A stretch of DNA of 64,000 bases from the human T2T-CHM13v2.0 reference genome, Homo sapiens, in the NCBI RefSeq assembly GCF_009914755.1, contig NC_060929.1, one strand, 5' to 3'. The notes under the pieces were generated by a model. That model did no database searches. It was given only the letters and a program-made list of their open reading frames with translations, and had not been told where the DNA came from. A program made the translations under genes and the position numbers. Shown here one piece after another: positions 25,300 through 36,497 of this stretch (its first letter is position 1; every line of letters starts with the position of its first letter).

Positions 25300-26330
25300 G
25301 CTATTTTATTCACAGTAAAAGAGTGTGTGTTGCTGCTGCCCAGTTACTGTGCATGTGAATTCACCAGATCTAGACGTATTTGCCCAATTAATTACTCTGC
25401 TGTTCGACAATGATGGGTAATGGTCCAAGCAGCCTGCTCCTCCTCAGATCACCGATGGAATTCATGCACGCATAATGTCCTCTCTTCAGAAAATGATCCC
25501 AACAAGCTCTATAATTATTTTTTTCTTTTGAAATAAAGGCATCGATTAAATTATATGTTAAAACAGTTTGTGGGAGAAGAATTGGAAATGAAGCAGGATC
25601 TCTCTCTCACTACTTTTCTGGGTAGAAAGCTGGAAGATGAACTTCCCCATTCTACTCTTTCCAGGAGCGAACTTCGATATTAAAAAATAATTGCTGATCA
25701 AAATTGTTCATCGTTACCCTTAATTAGTCTGTTGGTTTTCAGTAGTTTTCTTCATTAACACAAATGAAGGTGTGTTCTTCCACGTTCAACGATACATGCT
25801 ATCCCTCCGTGCTGGTAAGCTTATGATGTAGCAGATCAAACAAAGAACCCTCGTGTACAAATGCACAGCAGTCCCCGTAAACTGGGCTAATTAGCATTGT
25901 AATTAGCTCACGTGATAACTAAAACAAAGTCAGAGTAACACAGGAATCACTTAGAAAGGATATCAAGTGGTGTCGTCCCCCTTCACCCGCCAGCCCTCCC
26001 GCCCTTGTTTCTAATGCTGGGTAGAGCCCGGAGCCAACCTTCTTCGCAGCTCCCCACTCCCCAGCTCCCCGGCTCCCCACCTCCCCACCTCCTGGTGGTG
26101 CAAGCCAAGTTTTCTGCCGAGGCCTGGAAGTTAAGGGATGCGCAGGGCTTGCCTGAGGTTGCCATAGCGATGTTGTTGGGATATTAGTGTGGTGCACTAA
26201 ATGTTGCCAGTTAAAGGAAGCTTACAAAAACATCTTCCCCCTTTGGCTTTGCTGGAATTGGCTGACAGTTCGCTTTATAAGCATGAGAACTGGAAGCAAG
26301 AGTGGAGACTTGGGCTTCCTTTCACGCAGA
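25300..26330. promoter_or_regulatory. Candidate enhancer or weak promoter (CpG-retaining, motif-dense)
   Basis: About 25 CpG in about 1 kb of unique DNA; TAATTA, SOX, E-box, RFX-like and GC-box motifs; conservation not testable here. Confidence 0.55.
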
Positions 26331-26669
26331 TTTACCAGCTTACTTAGGAGTAAATGTTAAGTATAATTTGTGGAGTTCCACTCACACACTTCTACACCAA
26401 CATGACTTATAAAACAGAAATCCCTAAATGGGGCCCACATGCCTAAATGGTTTTCTTTGGAATTTTACAATGTAATAATAGCTAAGGCATCTTGCTACTT
26501 GATGTGGGATTCTTTCTAATTTTATCCAATTATGAATAGAAGTTCCAAGGCTTTATTCAGAGGAAGTGAGGGCAGAGACCATCAATGAAAATCAAAAAGA
26601 AAAATTACCATTGTAGGGGAAAAAAAAGTCAATAATTGGGATAGCACTAATCCATTCTTTAAATAACTT

Positions 26670-26875
26670 TGTGTCACTTAAGATTAATGTGTTTTCACTC
26701 TTTATTATATTTGATCCTTACAACTACCCCGCAAAAGAGATATAGAAAATATTTTCATTCCCATTTTACAGAACAGAAAATGGCCTCAGTGGTTCTGAAT
26801 GACAGAGAATGTAATCAGCAGACAGCATCATCCTCAGGCTTCTAGTTCAGTGAGGCTTCCATTATGCCAAACTGA
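26670..26875 (-). mobile_element. MIR fragment
   Basis: TTTGATCCTTACAACTACCCC..TTCCCATTTTACAGAACAGAAAATGGCCTCAG. Confidence 0.75.
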
Positions 26876-28529
26876 CTGTGCTTAAGGCTTTCGTTTCTCT
26901 TAAAGTCAGTGAGACTGGGCAAGTTGGTCTTTTTTTTTTTTTTTTTTTAATTATTCTTGGTTTAACTTAAACTCAATTATTATTTCTAATTTAAACTGTC
27001 TTATTTTAAATTGTTTTAAAGTTATATTTAAGCCCATTTCAGCACAAAAATATCAACCATTACTGAAAAAATTAAATCCATAAGAAAAATATTTTCAAAA
27101 AATTCCAATTAGAATCTATATACAAGGTGAGGAAACTGTCAGAGCTGTTAGTAAATGCGAATCATAGGGGCTAATTTTATTATAATACATTTAGCATCGT
27201 ATAAAATCAGTATCTCTGAGTCATGGTACATCCACATCTTTCTAGTGACAAGAATAGGATTCCCTAAAGCTCTCAAATACTGCAGTCTCTTTTTCTAATA
27301 CCAGTGTTTCATGCATATTTTGGAGAATTAGATGTGTATGATAATTGCTATACTTTAAAAGAATATTCATGTGATTAACATACATGAAAAGACAAAAATT
27401 TTGACCTAACTGATGAATCGATGGTCATTAGGTCTATTTTCACCTCAATTTAGTCTGTTTAATAGAATCTGATCAATTAGTTTCCAAAACAGCAGATCCA
27501 GTACTATGTTAGATGTGGCTTAAGTGGAAGGATTAGACTGTTGATCCTCAGGATTGATGGTGAAAGCTTGGTAAATATTCATAAAATGTTATTTGAAATT
27601 ACCTAACAAATTAATCTGAAAGAAGGAAATAGATACAATATTAGTAAAAACTTATATTTATATCCTGTGTAATATATGAATAGTTTTAATAGAGATGCAA
27701 GTTGTTTTTGGTATTTGCCACAAAATTAAGTATAAATAAGTTTGCTCCAATCATAAAATAAAAATAAGGAACCTAAAGATACGCATTTGGAGTGCCTACT
27801 GGGAATTACCCGATCCACAAAAAAAAAAGGTGTATTCTCTGCTTATACTTTCTTGACCTCATCCCATCAAAAGATTGTGGGAAATTGCAATTTGGGGTGC
27901 ATTGGCTATTATTTTGTGAGCTTAATTTTGATATGAGAACACAGGAATAAGTGGGCAGAGGGATAATCAATGGTAAGTGAAGGTGAGACTGATGCAATAG
28001 ACTTGCCTTCCCAGTCTCCAGATTTAATTCGTGTTAGAAATGGAGAAAGGAAAATTCCAATACAGATTTCTTCTTAATTTTCATACTGAAAAAATAATTT
28101 TGAACAATGTTTTTTACATAATTTTGAAACTTAAATAAAAAAGACACAGACACAGGCACTAATTTTCAAAACAGGAGAGAAGGGCATAACCTGGCAGTGT
28201 GAAGCAGAATATGATATCATGTACTTACCAGTTGAGTGTGAAAGTCGCATTTGACAGATCAGTTCAATGAAGTAATATTTTTTAGGAAAAAAATCAAAGA
28301 TGAAAGAAAATACAATTATTACAGTTGAGATATAAAAATATGTCCATCTCTGTGGGGCAAACTAAAATTACGAAACAGTTCCCAAACATAAATACAAAGT
28401 AGCAATATTATATATCCAATGTAATCTATTAGATTCACTTTATCATACTGCTGTTTTTATTTTATTATATTATTATTGTACTTCTTCATGATAGTACATT
28501 CATTCTCTGCCTTTTCTTTTATTCCCTAC

Positions 28530-28685
28530 ATCTGGGTTCTAAGGGAGGGCTTCTTGAACCCCTGAAATTGCATGCAGATTTTTGTGCTCGTGTGCAACAG
28601 TATATGCACATTTGTGAGAAGAGGATCCATAGTTTTTGTGAGATAGACTAGGAAGCCTATGACCCCAAATGATTAAGATCCAGTA
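28530..28685. mobile_element. Short hAT-Charlie-type MITE, family not assigned
   Basis: TGAACCCCTGAAATTGCATGCAGATTTTTGTG..GAGGATCCATAGTTT..ATGACCCCAAATGATTAAGATCCAGT resembles ancient Charlie MITEs. Confidence 0.6.
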
Positions 28686-28734
28686 TCCCAATGATTTTTT
28701 CTCTTTAAAATTTCTCTGTGCAGACTTTTAGTGC

Positions 28735-29585
28735 TTCACGCCCCAACTATGCCAGTAACCTCCCAGCTGCCTTCCCGTCCTCCTGCTTCCTTTCTCCAAC
28801 TCATCCTCTACCATAAATGCCACCAGATCAATCTTACTGAAACATCATCTATATCATATCTCAAATCCACTAAAAAACAAATAAAAAAACAATGATAGCT
28901 TTCATTTTACTTACAAGGTCAAGTTCTGACTTCTCATTTTGGCATTCAAATCCATTTCATATAGGGTTCTCCACCACCTCTACTGATAGTAGCTGACATT
29001 TACAGGGTGGCGCTAATATGCCAGGAACTGTGCTATGTGCCCTACATAAATGGACTCAAAAAATCTCCCAAATGGCTCTGTAAGATGCTTTGAGACTTCA
29101 GAGGTACAATCATCAGCTAGTAAGTGATAGATCCAGAATTCAAACCCAGACAGTTTGACCCTGCATGAGATTTTAGCCATGAAGATTTCTCCTGCCTACT
29201 GAATTTACTTCTTGCCAGTATGAACCTTCCTCTCTGGACAGCTGAGAATCCTCACTGTCAACTGAATAAAGCATATTTCTGACCTCAAGCCTTTTTCATA
29301 CTTCTCCTTCCCCATTCTCCAAGGCTGTACTCAAGTCTCATCTTTAGAATGAATAATGCATTCGTTAGCTCTTCTGTCTTGGAACCGTAGCATCCATAAC
29401 ATTCATTCAGCTACGTCCCTTTGTTACTCATATACAATTCTGCATTACGAATTTTCTCTAACAGGACAGTAAGTGACTGGTGGGCAGGGTTTTGATCTTG
29501 CATTTTTTGTTCCTCATCTTTAGCACATAGATCAGTGCCATTCATCAAGTTTGCATTTGAAAAATACTTATTGAGGGAATAAATT
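28735..29585 (+). mobile_element. L2 3' fragment split by a MIR
   Basis: CAGTAACCTCCCAGCTGCCTTCCC..GCCACCAGATCAATCTT..TTGGCATTCAAA; resumes after 29190 and ends AAAAATACTTATTGAGGGAAT. Confidence 0.65.
28985..29185 (-). mobile_element. MIR nested in L2
   Basis: GTAGCTGACATTTAC..TATGCCAGGAACTGTGCTA..AGCTAGTAAGTG..GAATTCAAACCCAGACAGTTTGAC. Confidence 0.8.
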
Positions 29586-30611
29586 AACCTGAACTTCTAG
29601 AGAGTGTCATGTTTGAAAAATGATACTGTAATTAGTTCTCTAACATTCTATTACGTCTTGATAAAAGCACCTGTGTATGGTGGCAGGTGGGCTTATGAGC
29701 TATTGTTACCATGCTGAAACTGGCTTCCTATGTTTTCTCAGTTTGCCTAGAGTAAATCTGATAGACATTAAAAAGAAACTGCCCAAATTGAGTGCCCCTG
29801 TGTGTGCGTGTGGGATAGAGTGGAGGAGAATATTCACTTTCATGTAAAAATGATACAAAATTATAAGAAATGTTAATGCAAATTTTTCCTTTAAATGAAT
29901 TTCAGTGCTTATTGGGTTAGCTCACTCTCAAGAAAAGGATCAATTTAGTGAAGAATCTCTCCCTGATACAGAGTCAGAACTTCAGCTAAAAGTAGGCCAA
30001 GAAAATTCCAAGGATTCAGATTACAAGGCAGCTTGGGAGTGGTTAGATCCTTGGTTCTTTTAATTCTTCTTGGAGCTATGTGAAATAGTACAAGTTTCTA
30101 GTGCTGAGGCCAATGTCAGGGTGTCTCATCTTCATATCTCTCAGGCACTGATCCTTCCTCACCATCAGACACTCCAGCATCAACTCACAGAAAGACAACA
30201 AGGAAGAAAGGGATCCATCCATATGCTTGAGAAACCAATTCTCTCGGCCAGGCAGAACTGTCTACATTGAAACTCTTTGTTTGCTTCTCTTATATACACA
30301 GAACATCTTGTGTCTAGTGAAAACACATATTACACATTTTGTTATCCAACCTTTAGAAAAGTGTGATATGGAAGATAGTTTGTATAATAAATCATATTAT
30401 AGTTGATCTGAGTAATTATATTATATACATACGGATGTGCAAGTTTATAGTAGAATGCTTTTACTATATTAAAAAACCTTTTGAAATGTCTAAAAGTAAC
30501 TCATTTTGATGCATCTAATCATTCAGTGGATAACACCCAGGGCTTGGATGCATCACTATAAATGACTCAGCTTTCCTTTTAATAGTTTAAAATGCAGGGC
30601 TTGGACTAAAT

Positions 30612-30954
30612 TAGGAATCACTTACATGCTTACAGACGGAAGGCAGATAATGAATGCCTGAAGTAGGCTTGGAAGAAATCTCTCTAAGAAGTACTGAGGA
30701 CTGGGCAAATTGGAGAAAGTATGCCCTGTCTAAAGAGAATGGCAAATGTTCAGTCCCAGGTGATTTTATCCTGCAAGAAAGAAGACCCACTGTTACAAAA
30801 CCTTCTAGTTTTTCATGAGAAGCAAGGTTTTTTAAAAATGTGAAATGCCCTGGGTTTTGAATTAAGAAAAAATCTGCTTTTGAGAACTGGGCAGGCCAAA
30901 CAAAGCATATGTGAGAATGGGTTCTGGCCTAGAAGCTACCAGTTTATTGCTGCA
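30612..30954. mobile_element. MER102-like hAT-Charlie element inserted in a MIR3-like fragment
   Basis: End CAGGCCAAACAAAGCATATGTG..TGGCCTAGAAGCTACCAGTTT; decayed TSD GACTAAAT (30604-30611) and GACTAGAC (30955-30962); flanks rejoin to MIR3-like AAAATGCAGGGCTTGGACTAGAYGATCT. Confidence 0.7.
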
Positions 30955-31119
30955 GACTAGACGATCTATGCCTGTTTTTTTGACCCATGTAATGTGTAGT
31001 TATATATGCAACTATTTCTTGAGTATGCTGTCTCAAAAATCCCTTAAAATTGAAAATATTCAGTCAACAAAAGCGTGGCTGAATTGAGAACATTTCCTCC
31101 TAGACTCTATTAAAAACAC

Positions 31120-31760
<641 letters not shown>

Positions 31761-32574
31761 GGAACTGGACTTGATGAGCTGCCATCCACCTGGCTCAGTC
31801 TTAACTGTTGAATAGGGTAGCTCCTCTTTGGAGCATTCTGCTAGGTACCTTAGAATGATATCATGGAAAATGTAAAGAAATGAAAATTGCTTCCACTTTA
31901 AAGATTTTGGATATTACTTAAGATATCAAGCATATATGTGAAATAAAATAACAAGTTTATTGTATAAACTGATATGGTAGAAATTAGTGCCGAGCGGTGC
32001 CAAGACAGAGGAATCCAATCAAGTGAGGTAAACTACCACAAAGTCCCAAGAGGTCAGTGCGAATGTTGTATGGACTTTGAAGAAAGTCTGGTCAGGTGAG
32101 GCAGAGATAAACAAGGCATGACATGTCTACTGTGTTTTATGTTTAAAGTAATAAGAAGAATGAGTCATGTGCAAAATTCTCTAGACAAATGAGATAAGTG
32201 GCAGCAGATATGAACAAGGGGAAAATGGCACCATTCCACAATCCATAAAATGGAATAATTATATGAATATGTCAGAGAATAATTACCAAATTCATCCATT
32301 AGAGTTTGTTTTAATATTGTATTAAATCCAGTTTGTTAGCATCATGACCCCTGATTTCTACCAAAATTGAATGCTTTGATTATTGACATATCTGATAAAA
32401 GTTCTGTTTCTGCTTTTGCTAAGAAGTTAATACTATAAATATACTGTTACTTACACATCCAAATTTTGTTCAATTTAAGAAGCATATAGGAAAAGAAACA
32501 GGCTTTATAATCAAGTGATATGCATAAAGAACATGGGACAGTTTCTGACTCACATTAGTGATGAGCATGGCATG

Positions 32575-32790
32575 GAGGAATGATGTGTAGTAAGATGAAG
32601 CAGACATAGATTTGAATTTATTTTGCCATTTGATAGCTGGTGACCATGGGCAAGTGATCCAAATTCTGTTAGTCTCAGTTTCCTTATGTGTACAATATAA
32701 ATACTTCCTAATTTGTGAGATTATTCTAAAGATGAGCAATAAAAAATACAAATTATGGCAGATGGCTTTGAGTAGCAGCTATTATTATTT
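32575..32790 (+). mobile_element. MIR
   Basis: GTGACCATGGGCAAGTGATC..GTCTCAGTTTCCTTATGTGTACAAT..GTAGCAGCTATTATTATT. Confidence 0.8.
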
Positions 32791-33600
32791 AAATGATCAG
32801 TATTAGCCATATAATAATTTTCAGTTCCTTTGTAAAATTTGTGAACACTCTAGCAATGAATCAATTTCTATATTGCTATTGTAATGAAGACAGGATATTA
32901 TTCTTATGTTAGGAATTTGGGGTCTAAAACTGTAAGAAGTAAAATACTTCCTAAGTTTCTTTACCATAAATTTCTAGGCATTAACAAGTTTAGTCTTAGC
33001 TGTTACACATATATACTCACATTTCTACCACTTATAATCAGATGTTTGCTGTTTAAATCGATGTGTTTTTTGATACAAAGAAAAAAAGGAAATTCCCCCA
33101 AGGATTCTTGCAGAAAATTAATCAGCTGATTTCTAAACTTCACTGTGATTCAGAATGCCTTGTTGAGTCTTGAACACATGTATTGTTTTAATAAAGCAGA
33201 TGCTTCTATGTGGGGGCATGGTTTTCCACTCTGTTTCATTTAAGAGGCAGACAGAATGGGATACTGCTGCAGCCTAGCTGTGTAACCTAAAAGAGAAATA
33301 CAGCCCAAGAGAAGTGAAAGAAAGGGATCTAACATCCAGAATATCTGCCTTTAAGTGCAGCATTAGGTAGAGAGCACCTGACCAATGACATTCATTAAGA
33401 GATGTCCATACACCAAATATACTCCTACACATAAAAGGGAGGAAAGGACTCCCTTAATTTGTGTTTATGAGACTGCAAATCGTTCCTCCAGAAAATACAG
33501 AAAGACCCTCCCCCGGGTATATAATATAAATGCCAAAGTTAATTAATTCTATTAATTCCATTAAAAACATTATGAATAAAAACTGAAAAATTCAGATATC

Positions 33601-33606
33601 TCTATC

Positions 33607-33661
<55 letters not shown>

Positions 33662-33666
33662 ATCTA
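33601..33666. repeat. Compound tetranucleotide STR: TCTA TCA (TCTA)13 TCA TCTA
   Basis: Counted directly; (TAGA/GATA)n on the minus strand. Confidence 0.97.
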
Positions 33667-36477
33667 TATCTCCAGGGAAACTTAAGATAAAAATAGACAC
33701 AATGAAAGAAATGCAAAATGTAATGCTTATATAGAATTGTTTTCATCTGCATTTCATTCTAACACCTAAAGAATGAGCCAAATTATCTTATCCTGGGAGA
33801 GATCATGCTTAAATTATGAAGACTTTAATATTTTCTTTATCAAAGCTATTTTCTATCATAATTCAAATTTTCCTTTAGTCTTATAGATGGAGCTTCTTTA
33901 TTTCACTTCATGAAGAAAGGATACAAAAAATTATCTACATAAGCTTAGTAAGATTAAAACATACAAATTTTAGTCCATCAAAAATGGTAGATGCTTGTTT
34001 TTTAATACTTGTGGATTTCTCACTTTTCAGTACTTTTGACTATCAAATTCAAGTTTTCAGATAAGCCAAGTTGAGCAGCCTGTGGCCTAAAAAATCAACT
34101 ATACATATCATAAAGCACCATTTTTTAATCATAAAGCTACAAACATCTGCACTGATTACAATTAAAAACAGTGTAAAAGATTATCACTCCAATTATAGCT
34201 TCTTGTTCTAATCAAAACGCAGCACTGTCCTCAGACAGCAATGTGTGATGCCTACATGCCTTTTTCTATGAAATAAAACCTCCCTGAGGTTTTTTTCCTT
34301 TTCTTTGAAACAAAGAATATGTATAATTGTAGTGAATTTATCAGAAAAGTAGCATTTTACTCAGATATATTTTTTAAACTGTTTGGAAGTCTATTTTTCT
34401 GTCTATGTGAACCTATTTAGAAAAAATGCAGAAAAGCACTATCATGCTACTCAACAAAGAAGTTTCCAGCTTTCTAAAGTTTTTCTGAATATTGTTTTAA
34501 GGAACACTGCTGTATGTGGTTCTCAATAATATTGACATTAAAATTGGTAGAAACACTGCTGGATTTCAATTAAAATTGGACCAATATTACTTAGAATTTT
34601 ATAAGTAGCTTCTTTTTACATTTGAAAATAAAATCAAATTTCATATATAATAATTATTAGAAAATGTAATAAAAGTACAGTTTTAAAATTACCAGATAAT
34701 GTCTTCAGATAAGAAAATTATAGTTAAAATATCAGTTTTAAAAAATCACCAACCAGTTGATCTACTAGAATATATATAGATATCATCTGTAAACATTTAT
34801 TGTTTAAGATTTCATATTGCCATTCCAAGAAAAAATTGGAAAAAAAAATGAGCATTTTGTGTAACATGAATTTTTCCCTATGGTTGTTTGAAAGGCGAAA
34901 ACCCAGACTTGACCTCTCTTTAAGAAAATTTATACTAAAATTAGTACAAAGTAGAAAAATCAAAGAACATTCTTTCTGATTCAGCATTTTTTTAAAAAGC
35001 ATCCTTACTTTAAAATATTTGCTCATAGTCTAAATTAAATGATGAAATATAAATGTTCAAAAAGAACACAGCAAAGGCAAATAACATCATACTTATCAGA
35101 GAAATGTTAAATTCAGATTTTATGAATTTTTGTTTGTTCATAATTGAATCCTTGAAAGTGAATTTTTAATATAAACAAAAAAACAAAATTATTTTCCACT
35201 TGTATATTACTTATAATGTTTGAAAGGTTAAATGTGCACACCTCTTCAACAAGTACTAAATTAATTTACTAAATCCCTTCAAGTAAGGATGTTTGATTTA
35301 AAATATTTATCAGTCTTTGAACACCACATGTATAGAGAAAGTCGCAACTTGTATTTCTTATTGATTCCCAAACGCAATAAAATACATGGGGTCTTCAAAA
35401 TTCCTATTAGTTTCCCACCAACAGCCCCTTTTATTGGTGATTTAGAAACTTTAATCCTGGTTCATGACTAATACTATGCAGATGTTTGTTATACAAATAT
35501 AGAAATTAGCTTCTTTGTATCATTAAAAGGTATCTCAATGAAAACACCGTAAATTTAATTTTTCACATTATCCAAAAAGGAAACTATATTTTCAGAGTAT
35601 AAGAGTTTCCATCTGTAGATATAATAAATGTAATATTAAAATGTGTGACTCAATGGTATCAAAAGGGAGAATGCCTAGGCCTATGAAATAACTCTCAAAT
35701 AGGAAAAGAATGAAACGTCATTTTGGTTAAGTAGACTTTACACTAGTTGAAGATTGATTCATTAAGCAAAGTTCAAGCACACTTTCTATTCATATAAATA
35801 GTGTGTATAATGCCATTTTGCAAAGATGACAGTGGAAACTTGTATTTCTGAGAGTGGCTAAAATAGCTTGTAAACAGTATCTTTGCAATTTGACATTCCA
35901 AGTGCTGCTTGCAGGGCAGCACATCTGAGGGTTGGTAGGGGAAGAGTATCTGAGGATAGCACTATTTTGGGTGTTTCCAAGAAGCAGAAAGTTGGTTCTT
36001 TGATTTTATTACCTATTATTGTCTCAAATTAGAATGCCAAAGGGGGCATTTTATTAAAATAAAAGCCTGATGAATACAAGCAAAAAAAAAAAAAAAGCTT
36101 CAAGCCGTTGAGAAATTTGAAATCAAAACAGAAATTTTAAAGAAAAGTATGATGTGAAAATAAAGGAAAGTAGAGAAGAAGAAAGGAAAGAGATGTAGCA
36201 GATAATTAGACAAAAGTGAAAGGAAGGGCCCTAGTTCTGAAACCACTTCCGCTTAAACCAAAATGGCACCAAAAATTTTAAGCCAGGGTATTTAAACTGC
36301 TGGAATATTTCATCCTGAAAAATTATATTTTTCAAGCAAAATAACTACTTTGTGTCCAAATTCTCTGAATAATTATGGCAATTTCTCTCTTCTATTTGCA
36401 CTTCCATTTGCATTATAGGCACTACTTAAATACAAACAGGAGTGGCTCACTGAGATCACAGAAGAGAGACTTCTCAC

Positions 36478-36497
36478 AAAGCCGCTAGATGGCGTGA
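36478..36497 (+). promoter_or_regulatory. Candidate CTCF binding site
   Basis: GCCGCTAGATGGCGT closely matches the CTCF core CC(A/G)C(C/T)AG(A/G)(G/T)GGCG; lies in a small CpG-retaining patch. Confidence 0.65.
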
